Shown in pieces: positions 50,478 to 60,472 of a stretch of DNA of 64,000 bases (position 1 is its first letter; the number at the start of each line of letters is the position of its first letter). Under the pieces are notes generated by a model. It was not told the DNA's origin and did no database searches. It worked only from the letters and a program-made list of their open reading frames with translations. Both the position numbers and the translations under genes were made by a program. Source of the DNA: Thermoanaerobaculia bacterium (GTDB taxonomy: Bacteria > Acidobacteriota > Thermoanaerobaculia > UBA5066 > Gp7-AA6); the NCBI GenBank assembly GCA_036505815.1, contig DASXSX010000006.1, forward strand, positions 9,274-73,273, read 5' to 3'.

Positions 50478-52814
50478 TTGGTGGGAGGAAATTTCTTTCG
50501 GAGCCGGGCCGCGAGCGAGGCCCTGGGCGTTCTTCTGTTGCTCGCCGGGGTACTCGCCCTCCTGTCGCTGTACTCCTACGATCCGCGCGATCCGAATCTG
50601 TTCTCTTTGACGACGGGAGAGGTCGAGTCGCCGACGAACTGGATCGGAGGCTTCGGCGCCTCTCTTTCGGCCGCCCTCTACCAGGCGCTCGGCTTCGCGG
50701 CCTGGACGGTTCCGGTGTTCCTCGCGTTCTGGGGCGTCCGGCGCTTCGCCTCGCGACCGTTCGAAAACCGCGGCTCGAAGACGGTCGGGCTCGTCCTCCT
50801 GTTTCTCGCGGTGCCGGCGCTCCTTTCGCTCGCCTTCGGACGGCGGCCGCTGGCAGGGGAGGACGCGGAAGCCGGCGGGATCGTGGGCCGCGCGGTCTCG
50901 GAAGCCGCTCGATCCCGGCTCGGCACGACCGGCGCGGTCCTGCTGGTCGCGACGCTCGTCCTGATCGCCGTGCCTCTCTCGACCCAGGTCTCGCTCGCCG
51001 ACGTGCTGTTCGGCCTTCGGGTGAAGCTGGCCGGCCTGTTCTCGCGGCTTCAGCTCGGCTGGGCGCGCAACCGCGACCAGCGGACCAAGGAACGGCTGCG
51101 CCGCACGGTCGTCGCCAAGCACCTCGAGAAGGCGAAGCGGGAGGGGATCTCGCTCGAGGACGTGCCGTTCGCGGCCGACGACTCGCCCCCTTTCCTCCGG
51201 GAGCTGCCCGGACCGGGAAAGTTCTCGATCACGAAAAAGACGATCGCGCCGGGAAGACCGGTCGCGGTCGTTTCGGCGTCGGCGAAGAAGAAAGCCGTGG
51301 CGCCCCCGCAGCAACGCCTTCCGATCTCGGTCGAGGGATACACGTACCCGCCCGTGTCGCTGCTCGAGAGGCGCGAGAGCGTCGGCACGGTCGATCGCAA
51401 GACCCTCTCCGACACGGGACGCCGCATTGCGGCGAAGTGCGCCGAGTTCGGCGTCGAGGGAGAGATCGCCGAGTATCATCCGGGACCGGTCGTCACGACC
51501 TACGAGTTCCGGCCCGCCGCGGGAATCAAGGTGAACCAGGTGATGGGCCTCTCCGAAGACCTCGCGCTCGCGCTTTCCGCCGAGTCGATCCGGATCGAGC
51601 GGCTCCCCGGGCGCGCGAGCGTAGGCATCGAAGTGCCGAACCCAGGCGGCGGAGAGATCATCGCTCTGCGGGACGTGATCGAGTCCGAGAAATTCCAGTC
51701 CTCGCCTTCGCTTCTGACGCTCGCTCTCGGAAAGGACATCCACGGCGAGCCGATCGTCGACGACCTGCGCGGAATGCCCCACCTCCTGATCGCGGGAACG
51801 ACCGGTTCGGGCAAGAGCGTGGCGATCAACGCGCTCATCACTTCGATCCTGTTCAAGGCTCGTCCGGACCAGGTCAAGCTAATCCTGATCGATCCGAAGA
51901 TGGTCGAGCTCGAGATCTACGAAGACCTGCCGCACCTCTCGACCAAGATCATCACGGACCCGAAGAAGGCGGCGAACGCGCTGAAGTGGGCGGTCGACGT
52001 CATGGATGAGCGCTTCGAGACGCTCTCCGACTTCGGCCAGGTCCGCAACGCCGAGCAGTACAACGCGGCGATTCAGGATCCTGAGGCGGTGGCGCGCGTG
52101 CGGGCCCAACATCCCGAAGACCCGGATCTGAAGCTCGAGCCGATGCCGCTGATCGTCATTGTGATCGACGAGCTGGCCGATCTGATGATGACGTCGCCGA
52201 AGGAGGTCGAGGAGTCGATCGTACGTCTAGCGCAGAAGGCTCGCGCGGTCGGAATTCACCTCGTCGTCGCGACGCAACGGCCTTCCGTCGACATCCTGAC
52301 CGGAGTGATCAAGGCGAACCTCCCGTCCCGCATCGCGTTCAAGGTCTCGTCGAAGATCGACTCGCGCGTGATCTTGGACGGCAACGGCGCGGAGCGGCTT
52401 CTCGGGCGCGGCGACATGCTGTTTCTCGCGCCGGGAACGTCGCGCTTGAAGCGCGTTCACGGGGCTTACGTTTCGATCCAGGAAACCGCCGGGCTCGTGC
52501 GGTTCCTGAAAAAGCAGGCGCGGCCGCACTACGACGAGGAGATCACGAAGGATCGCTCCGAGGTCGCGCGCCGCGACGACGCGGGGGATGAGACGGATCC
52601 GCTCTATGACGAAGCGGCGCGCCTCGTCGTGAAAGAAAAGATGGCGTCGATCTCGTTCCTCCAACGCCGGATGGGCGTCGGCTTCTCGCGGGCCGGAAAG
52701 CTGATCGACATGATGTCGCGCGACGGCCTGCTCGGCCCCCCGCGCGGGTCCAAGCCGCGCGAGGTCCTGGTCGCGGAGGATTACTTCGAAGAAGTCGACC
52801 GGGCGCCGCGATAA
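50478..52814 (+). CDS. ftsK: DNA translocase FtsK/SpoIIIE.
   Basis: N-terminal TM helices followed by the motor domain (LLIAGTTGSGKSVAINALI..., LIVIVIDELADLM). The C-terminal region is gamma-domain-like. 778 aa. Confidence 0.9.
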   Translation: MVGGNFFRSRAASEALGVLLLLAGVLALLSLYSYDPRDPNLFSLTTGEVESPTNWIGGFGASLSAALYQALGFAAWTVPVFLAFWGVRRFASRPFENRGSKTVGLVLLFLAVPALLSLAFGRRPLAGEDAEAGGIVGRAVSEAARSRLGTTGAVLLVATLVLIAVPLSTQVSLADVLFGLRVKLAGLFSRLQLGWARNRDQRTKERLRRTVVAKHLEKAKREGISLEDVPFAADDSPPFLRELPGPGKFSITKKTIAPGRPVAVVSASAKKKAVAPPQQRLPISVEGYTYPPVSLLERRESVGTVDRKTLSDTGRRIAAKCAEFGVEGEIAEYHPGPVVTTYEFRPAAGIKVNQVMGLSEDLALALSAESIRIERLPGRASVGIEVPNPGGGEIIALRDVIESEKFQSSPSLLTLALGKDIHGEPIVDDLRGMPHLLIAGTTGSGKSVAINALITSILFKARPDQVKLILIDPKMVELEIYEDLPHLSTKIITDPKKAANALKWAVDVMDERFETLSDFGQVRNAEQYNAAIQDPEAVARVRAQHPEDPDLKLEPMPLIVIVIDELADLMMTSPKEVEESIVRLAQKARAVGIHLVVATQRPSVDILTGVIKANLPSRIAFKVSSKIDSRVILDGNGAERLLGRGDMLFLAPGTSRLKRVHGAYVSIQETAGLVRFLKKQARPHYDEEITKDRSEVARRDDAGDETDPLYDEAARLVVKEKMASISFLQRRMGVGFSRAGKLIDMMSRDGLLGPPRGSKPREVLVAEDYFEEVDRAPR

Positions 52815-52865
52815 CGACGTGACTGGGGACAGGCTTAAGCCTGCCCCCGGTTGTAGGCTCGGCGC

Positions 52866-53801
52866 ATGCGCGTGGTCTTCTTTGGGACTCCCTCGTTTGC
52901 AGTCCCCTCGCTGACGGCTCTGATCGACGCGGGCTTTGTCATTCCGCGCGTCGTGACACAGCCGGACCGGCCAGTCGGCAGGAGCGGGCAGCCGCGCCCC
53001 TCGCCGGTCGCCGACGTCGCTCGCGAGAAGGGAACCCCCGTCGAGAAGCCGGAGCGCTTGCGAGGCAACGAGCGGTTGCTTCAGCGCCTCGCCGACGCGC
53101 GGTGCGATGCGATCGCGGTCGTCGCCTACGGGAAGCTTCTGCCCGGCGACATCCTGGACCTGCCACCGTTCGGCTGTGTCAACGTCCACGCGTCCCTTCT
53201 TCCGCGACACCGCGGCGCCTCGCCCATCGCGGCCGCCATTCTCGCCGGAGATCGCGAGACCGGCGTCGTGACGATGAAAGTCGTTCCGGAGCTCGACGCC
53301 GGACCGGTCTATCTCGCGCGGAGCGTGCCGATCGGCGAGCGGGAGGATGCCGAAACGCTGTCCGGCCGCCTCGCGCGCCAGGGAGCGGGCCTCCTCGTTG
53401 AGACACTGCGCGCGCTCGAGTCGGGGACGGTCGAGCCGCGCGCCCAGGCCGGGGAGCCGACCTACAGCCGGCCGATTCGGCGGGAAGACGCGCGCGTCGA
53501 CTGGAATGAGCCGGCCGCCGCGATCGAGAGGCGGCGCCGGGCGTTCACGCCTTGGCCTGGCCTCCACGCCTTTTTAGACGGCGAGCGGGTCAAGCTCCTC
53601 GATCTCGAGGTCGATCGCGGTGCGGCCGGAACGCGGGATCCGGCAACGGTCTGGCTGGAAGGAAACGACGCGAAAGTTGCCGCCGGCGGGGGGACGGTGC
53701 TGACCCTCGTGCGGGTTCAGAGGGAAGGCCGCAAGCCCGTCTCCGGCGCCGAGTTCCTCCGCGGGCTCCCGACGCTTCCGGCGCGCTTCGAGAGCGGCTG
53801 A
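52866..53801 (+). CDS. fmt: Methionyl-tRNA formyltransferase.
   Basis: MRVVFFGTPSFAVPSL...NVHASLLPRHRGASPI. Confidence 0.9.
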   Translation: MRVVFFGTPSFAVPSLTALIDAGFVIPRVVTQPDRPVGRSGQPRPSPVADVAREKGTPVEKPERLRGNERLLQRLADARCDAIAVVAYGKLLPGDILDLPPFGCVNVHASLLPRHRGASPIAAAILAGDRETGVVTMKVVPELDAGPVYLARSVPIGEREDAETLSGRLARQGAGLLVETLRALESGTVEPRAQAGEPTYSRPIRREDARVDWNEPAAAIERRRRAFTPWPGLHAFLDGERVKLLDLEVDRGAAGTRDPATVWLEGNDAKVAAGGGTVLTLVRVQREGRKPVSGAEFLRGLPTLPARFESG

Positions 53802-55144
53802 TGGCCGCGAGGCCGCCCTCTCCCGCGCGGGTGCGGGCCGTGGAAATCCTGCGGCAGGTCGTCTCCCGCGGCGCGGAAGTTCCGCCGCTCCTCGCCGCGC
53901 GCGAGAGAGATCTCTCGGCTCCCGACCGCGACCTCCTGCGCGAGATCGTCTTCGGCGTGCTGCGCAACCGATCCGCGCTGGACGCGGAGCTCGCGTCGGT
54001 GTCGCGCGCGCCTCTGGCGCGTCTCGCGTCGGATTTGCGGGAGATCCTGGAGGTGGCGCTCTACCAGATCCGGCGACTCGACCGGGTTCCCGCGTATGCC
54101 GCCGTCGACGAAGCAGTCCGCCATGCCCGCGCGAGCGGGGGAGAGCGCGCGGCGAAGCTCGTGAACGCGGTGTTGCGACGGCTCGCCGGCCGCTCCGCCC
54201 CGGTTGCGGGGTCCGCGACGACCGCGGCGGAGCTCGCGCGGCAGACGTCGCACCCGGAGTTCCTCGTGCGGCGCTGGATTGAGCGATTCGGCCGCGAGAC
54301 GACCTGCCGGATGCTGGCCGCCGACAACTCCGCCTCTGCGATGGACCTCCTCGTCAATCCGCGCCGGACGGATCGGGAGACGCTCCGCGGCGCGCTCGCC
54401 GAAGAGGGAATCGCGACCGAGCTTTCCGAGATCTCACCGCTCGGTCTCTCGGTCCTTTCCGGCAATCCGCTCGGATCGCGGCTGCTCTCCGAAGGGCACT
54501 TCACCGTCCAGGACGTGGGCGCCCAGGCGCTCGCCCTCCTCCTTCCGCGGGGAGATCTGCTCGTCGACGTCGCTGCGGCGCCGGGGGGAAAGTCGTTCGC
54601 GGCGCTGGCATTCGGCACCGCCCGGCGCACGATCTCGCTCGACCGGTCCACGGAGCGCCTCGCCCGTTTCGTCGATAACGCGCGACGTCTCGGGATGCCG
54701 GAAGCGCGCGCAGTCGCGGCGGACTTCCTCGCGCCGCCGCTTCCCGCCGGGCGGTTCGATCGCGTTCTGCTCGACGCGCCGTGCAGCGGCACGGGGACGC
54801 TCCGCAAGAATCCGGAGATCCGCTACCGGGTCCGTCCCGCCGGCATCGAGAAGCTGGCGCAGGCGCAGGTTTCGGCGCTCTCCTGCGCCGCGGACCTGCT
54901 CGCGCCAGAAGGGTATCTCCTCTACGCGACCTGCAGTCTCGAAGAAGAGGAGAACGAGCGCGTGGTCGCCGAGGTGCTGGCGGAACGGCCCGAGCTCTCA
55001 CCGATGCCGATCGAGCCGCCCGAGCCGCTCCGCCCGTTCGTCGATGGCGCGCGGTTTCGTCTCCTTCCCGATGTGCGCACCGACGGATTCACGGCGCATC
55101 TGCTGCGAAGACGGGACACAGGACACGGAACACGGGACACCTGA
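53801..55144 (+). CDS. rsmB: 16S rRNA (cytosine967-C5)-methyltransferase RsmB/Sun (NusB-like N-terminal domain plus a methyltransferase domain).
   Basis: ...DVAAAPGGKS..., DAPCSGTGTLRKNPE, YATCSL. The ATG overlaps the fmt stop by 1 nt. The 3' end carries a (GGGACAC)n heptamer repeat. Confidence 0.85.
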   Translation: MAARPPSPARVRAVEILRQVVSRGAEVPPLLAARERDLSAPDRDLLREIVFGVLRNRSALDAELASVSRAPLARLASDLREILEVALYQIRRLDRVPAYAAVDEAVRHARASGGERAAKLVNAVLRRLAGRSAPVAGSATTAAELARQTSHPEFLVRRWIERFGRETTCRMLAADNSASAMDLLVNPRRTDRETLRGALAEEGIATELSEISPLGLSVLSGNPLGSRLLSEGHFTVQDVGAQALALLLPRGDLLVDVAAAPGGKSFAALAFGTARRTISLDRSTERLARFVDNARRLGMPEARAVAADFLAPPLPAGRFDRVLLDAPCSGTGTLRKNPEIRYRVRPAGIEKLAQAQVSALSCAADLLAPEGYLLYATCSLEEEENERVVAEVLAERPELSPMPIEPPEPLRPFVDGARFRLLPDVRTDGFTAHLLRRRDTGHGTRDT

Positions 55145-55145
55145 A

Positions 55146-55736
55146 TCACTTCACTGCCTCGTAGACGCGGCGGAACTCGATGTTCTCCCCGCGTCCTTCG
55201 ACTCGAGTCGTCACCGTCAGCGAGGAGCCGTCCGCGGTCACGGCGTACGTCTCGGTGCTCTTGGCTCCGTGCTCGGGCGTCGTCGCGACGACGACGCGGC
55301 CCTCCTTCCAACGCGCGCGGATCTTCGTCGTGCCGGAGGAACGTTCTTCTTCGACCTTCCGGCCGTCGGTGTAGAGGACGTGCTCCCGGCCGACCCCGTC
55401 GGTGATTCGGAGCTCCGGATCCCGATGGACGATCGTCAGGAGGTCAAAAGCCCGGCCGCCTTCGAAGAAGTCGCTTCCGCCGTTCCCTTCCCCGTCGTCG
55501 GGCGGGCGGCCGCGGCGACCTCCGAACCCGCCGCCCCGTCCGCCGCGAAAGCCGCCGCCTCCGCCGAAACCTCGACGCGACGGTCCTCCGCCCTCGCGGA
55601 GCTTCTGCGCCGGATCGTCCGACCGTTCAAAGTCGAGCTTCCAGGTGCCCGAGAGGTTGCCCGCGCTGAGTGCGGATGACGCGCGGGGGAGGAGCAGCAG
55701 GACAGCGGCGATCGCTACCTCGACGATCGTTCTCAC
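55146..55736 (-). CDS. Secreted hypothetical protein with a Gly/Arg-rich low-complexity segment (RGG/GGF-like) and a C-terminal beta-rich domain.
   Basis: Signal peptide followed by ...RRGFGGGGGFRGGRGGGFGGRRGRPPDDGEGNGG... and then a globular tail. Confidence 0.45.
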   Translation of the reverse strand: MRTIVEVAIAAVLLLLPRASSALSAGNLSGTWKLDFERSDDPAQKLREGGGPSRRGFGGGGGFRGGRGGGFGGRRGRPPDDGEGNGGSDFFEGGRAFDLLTIVHRDPELRITDGVGREHVLYTDGRKVEEERSSGTTKIRARWKEGRVVVATTPEHGAKSTETYAVTADGSSLTVTTRVEGRGENIEFRRVYEAVK

Positions 55737-55902
55737 GAGAAATTCCTCCTTCCCGCCGCTCGACTCCGAAGCGGACCCACGGCGAACGATACGGACGGCC
55801 CGGCCGGCCGGTCTTCAGAGCAACGAAAGGAATCTGTAAGCGCTGTAAATTCTGGGAAGTTCGCAGACGCCAGCCCGCTTTTGGTGAGTAGACTCGATCG
55901 TC

Positions 55903-57723
55903 GTGACACCTTCCTCGAGAAGCTCGCGGGTCTCTCTCGCCGCGGCGGCCGTCCTCGCGATCCTGCTGGTGGTCCTGGCGTCGCTGCAATATCGCTGGCT
56001 CGGTCAGGTTGCCCGGGCCGAGGGCGAGCGGGCGAGAGCGCGACTGTCCACCGCGGCATCCGGTTTCGCCGCCGACTTCGATCGCGAGGTCGGTCACGTC
56101 GCCGCCTGTCTCGGCTCTTCTCCGGCATCGGACGAGCCGGTGAACGAGCGGGTCGCGCGGAGGCACGACTGCCTCGCGCGCTCCGGGGTGCAGCCGCTGG
56201 TCGCCGATCTGTATCGCGCGGAGAGGCAGCCCGCGGGCGAGGTTCTCCTCTCGCGTTTCGATCCGGCTTCGAGATCTCTCGCTCCGATTCCCTGGCCGGT
56301 GCCGCTCGAGGCGATTCGCCTCCGGTTGCAGAATGAATCCGAAACGGATGTTTCCGGCTTCGAGCGGCGGCGTCGTTTCCCGGATCCGATCGATGGCGAC
56401 GTTCCCGCGCTCGTCCTGACCGAACGGCAGAGGCCATTGGGAGAAACGAGGGAGGAGCCGGCTCCCGGCCGCCGCCCGGTCCTGATCGCCCGATTGGACG
56501 TCGCATATCTGGCGAACACCCTCTTCCCGGATCTGGAGCGCCGGTATTTCGGACATGGAAGCCTTCGGGACTACGAGCTCGCGGTGGTTCGGCGGACCGA
56601 TCCGGTGCATGCGCTGTATGCCTCCGAGCAGGCGAACGCCGCTTCGTTTCGTTCGGGCGACGCGACCGCGGATCTCCTCACGTTCCGGGTCTTCGAGGAA
56701 GCCCGGCGGTCCGAAATGGCAAACCGCCGGCCGCCACCAGGCAAGCCGCTCGGGGATTCTTCGCCCTCCCGCTTCCAGGGGTCGCCGCCGCGCCCGTCCT
56801 GGCGGCCGGGGCAAGGCGGCGGAGACCGGTTCTCCTCGGGTCCCTGGCGTCTCGTCGCGGTCCACCGCAGCGGGTCGCTCGATGCCGCCGTCGCGCGGAC
56901 GCGGCGGCGCAACCTGGCGGTCGGATTCGGCATCCTCGCGGTGCTCGCCAGCAGCGTCACGATGCTGGCCGTTTCCGCGCGGCGCGCGCAGCGCCTGGCG
57001 CGCCAGCAGATCGACTTCGTCGCAGCGATGTCCCACGAGCTCCACACGCCGCTGACGGCGATTCGCTCGGCGGGACAGAACCTCGCCGACGGAGTCGTCT
57101 CGGAGAATGGTCAGGTTCGCCGGTACGGGTCGCTGATCGAAAGCGAGGGGCGGCGCCTTTCGGAAATGGTGACGCGCGTGCTCGACTTCGCGGGCATTCA
57201 GTCGGGACTGCGCGCCTATCGGATGCGCCCGGTGCCGGTCGCGAGGATCGTCGACTCCGCGCTTTCGAACTGCCGGCTCGCCGCCGAGCAGAAAAGCATC
57301 CACGTCGAGCGGGACGTCCCGCCCGGCCTGCCTCCGGTTCTCGCGGACGAAGACGCAATCGGGCGGGCGCTGCAGAACCTGATCGACAACGCGATCAAAT
57401 ACGGCGGCGACAAGAGGTGGATGCGGGTTCGCGCTTCGCTCGTACCGAACGGTTCGCGGCCGCAGATCGCGATCTCCGTCGAGGACCGCGGCCCCGGAGT
57501 TCGTCAGTCCGAACGGCGGCATATCTTCGAACCGTTCTATCGGGGCGAGTCCTCTCCTGCGGAGGGCGTGGCGGGGAGTGGACTGGGTCTCGCGCTCGTC
57601 CGGCCGATCGTCGAGGCCCACGGGGGAACCGTGACCGTCGAGTCGAACGATGGGGGCGGCGCCCGGTTTACCATCCGGATTCCGACGGCGCCCGACGGCG
57701 AGGAAAGAGCGCGGGGTTCGTGA
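55903..57723 (+). CDS. Sensor histidine kinase (two-TM helices, periplasmic sensor, HisKA plus HATPase_c).
   Basis: H-box AAMSHELHTPL, G-boxes ...NLIDNAIKYG... and GSGLGLALV. Confidence 0.85.
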   Translation: MTPSSRSSRVSLAAAAVLAILLVVLASLQYRWLGQVARAEGERARARLSTAASGFAADFDREVGHVAACLGSSPASDEPVNERVARRHDCLARSGVQPLVADLYRAERQPAGEVLLSRFDPASRSLAPIPWPVPLEAIRLRLQNESETDVSGFERRRRFPDPIDGDVPALVLTERQRPLGETREEPAPGRRPVLIARLDVAYLANTLFPDLERRYFGHGSLRDYELAVVRRTDPVHALYASEQANAASFRSGDATADLLTFRVFEEARRSEMANRRPPPGKPLGDSSPSRFQGSPPRPSWRPGQGGGDRFSSGPWRLVAVHRSGSLDAAVARTRRRNLAVGFGILAVLASSVTMLAVSARRAQRLARQQIDFVAAMSHELHTPLTAIRSAGQNLADGVVSENGQVRRYGSLIESEGRRLSEMVTRVLDFAGIQSGLRAYRMRPVPVARIVDSALSNCRLAAEQKSIHVERDVPPGLPPVLADEDAIGRALQNLIDNAIKYGGDKRWMRVRASLVPNGSRPQIAISVEDRGPGVRQSERRHIFEPFYRGESSPAEGVAGSGLGLALVRPIVEAHGGTVTVESNDGGGARFTIRIPTAPDGEERARGS

Positions 57724-58436
57724 GGACGAACGGGGCGCCTGCCGAGCGGATCGCCCGCCGGATTCTCCTGGTCGAAGACGAGCCCAGTCTCGTGACCACG
57801 TTGAGCGACCGGCTCCGATCGGAGGGTTACGAAGTCGAGTCGGTCGGCGACGGCGAGCAGGCGGTCGCCTACCCCGGCACCGGATTCGTCGATCTCTTGA
57901 TTTTGGACGTGATGCTGCCCGGAAAGAGCGGCTTCGACGTGTGCCGCGAGCTGCGGCAGCGGGGGATCCAGACGCCGATCCTGATGCTGACTGCCCGCTC
58001 CCAGGTCGTCGACAGGGTCGTGGGCCTGAAGATTGGCGCCGACGATTACCTGACGAAGCCGTTCGAGATGATCGAGCTCGTGGCGCGCGTCGAAGCGCTC
58101 CTGCGGCGCGGGCGCGCTCCAGTTGCAGCCGCAGAGGGAAGCTATGCTTTCGGCGACGTCCGGATCGACTTCCGGCGCGCCGAAGTCCTGCGCGACGACC
58201 AGCCGGTCTCGCTCTCCGCCCTCGAGTTCAAGCTGCTCCAATATTTCATTGCTCACCGCGGGGAGCTCCTCACCCGCGACGAGCTTCTCGACAACGTGTG
58301 GGGATACGACGCCACTCCGGTCACGCGAACCGTCGACGTCCACGTCTCGTCTCTCCGCCAGAAGCTGGAGCGCAATCCCGGGCACCCCGAGTTCATCCTC
58401 ACGGTCCACCGTCTCGGGTACAAGTTCGCCGGCTGA
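57720..58436 (+). CDS. OmpR-family response regulator (REC plus winged-helix).
   Basis: RILLVEDEP...DLLILDVMLPG...ARV...DDYLTKPF, C-terminal ...LTRDELLDNVWG...VDVHVSSLRQKLE.... GTG overlaps the HK stop (GTGA). Confidence 0.85.
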   Translation: MRTNGAPAERIARRILLVEDEPSLVTTLSDRLRSEGYEVESVGDGEQAVAYPGTGFVDLLILDVMLPGKSGFDVCRELRQRGIQTPILMLTARSQVVDRVVGLKIGADDYLTKPFEMIELVARVEALLRRGRAPVAAAEGSYAFGDVRIDFRRAEVLRDDQPVSLSALEFKLLQYFIAHRGELLTRDELLDNVWGYDATPVTRTVDVHVSSLRQKLERNPGHPEFILTVHRLGYKFAG

Positions 58437-58517
58437 GCTCTTCTCCTTTACATCGCTTACAGAGATTTTTCCCTCGCCTGAAGACCACGCGCGCACCCGT
58501 TCCGTAGGCTCTTCATC

Positions 58518-58769
58518 ATGAATTCGAAGCTCGGCGATTTCGTCCCCCCGCTCGTCGCTGGCTCTCTGGTCACCGTCGCCGCGATCGCGACGCTCCTGCC
58601 GCTCCTGCTCGTCCTTGCCGAGGTGATCCGCGTTGCGAAGCCGAAGTCCGAGCCGATCGAGAGCCGGCGTCCCACCATTTCCGAGCCGGAGGCGACCACA
58701 ACCCCGGCCGACGTTCGTCGTTCGAACCAGGTTCCCCGTTTCGGGAACCGAAAGGAGACCAACACATGA
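58518..58769 (+). CDS. Possible small single-TM protein of 83 aa upstream of the CpxP-like gene.
   Basis: ATG with no clear SD. One strong hydrophobic helix (LVAGSLVTVAAIATLLPLLLVLAEVI). Its stop overlaps the next start. Confidence 0.3.
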   Translation: MNSKLGDFVPPLVAGSLVTVAAIATLLPLLLVLAEVIRVAKPKSEPIESRRPTISEPEATTTPADVRRSNQVPRFGNRKETNT

Positions 58770-59224
58770 AGAGATCGACTCCTTCTTTCGCCCTCGCGTT
58801 CCTCCTGGCCGGCGTGCTGGGGGCTCAGACGCCCGGACGGAGAGGAGGTCCGCCTCCCGGGCTCCTGGAGCTCGGCAAGGGGGGCGTCAACTCCGCGTGC
58901 ATCGACGCCCTCGGCCTCTCCGATGCCCAGAAGACGGCGGTCGCGCAGCTCCGCTCGGACCTCTCCACCGCGATCCGGCCGCTTCTGGATCAACGCCGCG
59001 GTTATCACGAGCAGATCGAGGCGGCTCTCTCGACCGCGACTCCCGATCCGACCGCGATCGGACGACTGGTGATCGCGGACCACGGCGTCGGAGGAGAGAT
59101 CCGAGCCGAACACGACCGATTCCAGACCCGGTTCGAAGCGCTTTTGACTCCCGACCAGCTGACGAACTACCGTGCGTTGCGCGAAAACGGCGTCTGCGCC
59201 TCGCGCGAGAAGCGCTTCCACTGA
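58766..59224 (+). CDS. Periplasmic Spy/CpxP/ZraP-family protein (LTXXQ-motif stress chaperone).
   Basis: Signal peptide. Two LTXXQ-like motifs (LGLSDAQKTAVAQL..., LLTPDQLTNYRAL). Strong SD AAGGAG before the ATG. Confidence 0.65.
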   Translation: MKRSTPSFALAFLLAGVLGAQTPGRRGGPPPGLLELGKGGVNSACIDALGLSDAQKTAVAQLRSDLSTAIRPLLDQRRGYHEQIEAALSTATPDPTAIGRLVIADHGVGGEIRAEHDRFQTRFEALLTPDQLTNYRALRENGVCASREKRFH

Positions 59225-59349
59225 CCTCGGCCCTCCAGCGGCCGGCGAGCGCGCGGGAGCGCCGCCGGCCCTTTTTCGCCGGCCCCCGCTCTTCAGCGCA
59301 AGGCCGGCAGACCCGGGAACCCTCGGGTTTTGCCCGTAGAATTCCGGCG

Positions 59350-60468
59350 GTGAATCCCGCGGACCGGGTGCCCGTTCTCGATCTGACCCGATACGACGAG
59401 GAACTGAAGCGCCAGATCGCTTCCCGCGTCGAAGAAGTGTTCTCGTCCGGGCGGTTCATTCTGGGCGCGGCCAACGCCGAGTTCGAGCAGGCTTTCGCGC
59501 AACGGATCGGGGTTCGGCACGCCCTCGGCGTCTCTTCCGGGACCGACGCGCTCCTCGTCGCCCTCATGGCGCTGGGCGTGGGCGCGGGCGACGAGGTCAT
59601 CACGAGCCCGTTCAGCTTTTTCGCCTCCGCCGGCGTGATCTCGCGCGTCGGCGCGCGGCCGGTGTTCGTGGACATCGAGCCGGACACTTTCAACCTCGAC
59701 CCCGACCGGCTCCCGGCCGCGATCACTCCGCGCACGAGGGCCGTCCTGCCGGTGCACCTGTACGGACAGTGCGCCGACATGGACACGATCCAGGAGATCG
59801 CCGGGGGAATTCCGATCGTCGAGGACGCCTGCCAGGCGGTGGGCGCCACCCAGCAGAGACGGGTTGCGGGCGCGATGGGAAAAATGGGAGCGTTCTCCTT
59901 CTACCCGACGAAAAACCTCGGCGGCGCAGGAGACGCCGGCGCCGTCACCACCGATGACGACGATCTCGCGGCGCTCGTTTCGAGCCTGCGTCTCCATGGG
60001 GAATCGAAGCGCTACCATCACGCGCGCGTCGGCGGGAACTTTCGCATGGATTCCATCCAGGCCTCCGTGCTGCTCACCAAGCTTCCGCATCTCGAGGCCT
60101 GGACGGCGCGGCGCATCGCGATCGCCGCCCGCTACGCCGAGATGCTCTGGGACGCCGAGGTCTCCGGTCGGATCGTCCTTCCGACGGTGGCCGCCGGGCG
60201 GCGGCACGTCTTCCATCAGTACGTCGTGCGAGTGCGCGATCGTGATCGCGTTCGCGAGAAGCTCGCCGAAGCCGGAATCTCGACCGCGGTCTTCTATCCC
60301 GTCCCGTTCCACCTCCAGGAGTGCTTCGCGGACCTGGGATATCGGCAGGGCGACTTTCCGCAGTCGGAGAAGGCGGCGAACGAGGTCCTCGCCCTTCCGA
60401 TGTTCCCGCAGTTGACCGACGAGGAGGTCGGGCGGGTCGCGGAAGCGGTCGTAGCCGCGCTCGGCTAG
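59350..60468 (+). CDS. DegT/DnrJ/EryC1/StrS-family PLP-dependent sugar aminotransferase (ArnB/WecE-like).
   Basis: ...GVSSGTDALLVAL...DEVITSPFSF...SFYPTKNLGGAGDAGAV.... Start GTG at 59350 (alternative GTG at 59368). Confidence 0.8.
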   Translation: MNPADRVPVLDLTRYDEELKRQIASRVEEVFSSGRFILGAANAEFEQAFAQRIGVRHALGVSSGTDALLVALMALGVGAGDEVITSPFSFFASAGVISRVGARPVFVDIEPDTFNLDPDRLPAAITPRTRAVLPVHLYGQCADMDTIQEIAGGIPIVEDACQAVGATQQRRVAGAMGKMGAFSFYPTKNLGGAGDAGAVTTDDDDLAALVSSLRLHGESKRYHHARVGGNFRMDSIQASVLLTKLPHLEAWTARRIAIAARYAEMLWDAEVSGRIVLPTVAAGRRHVFHQYVVRVRDRDRVREKLAEAGISTAVFYPVPFHLQECFADLGYRQGDFPQSEKAANEVLALPMFPQLTDEEVGRVAEAVVAALG

Positions 60469-60472
60469 GGTC

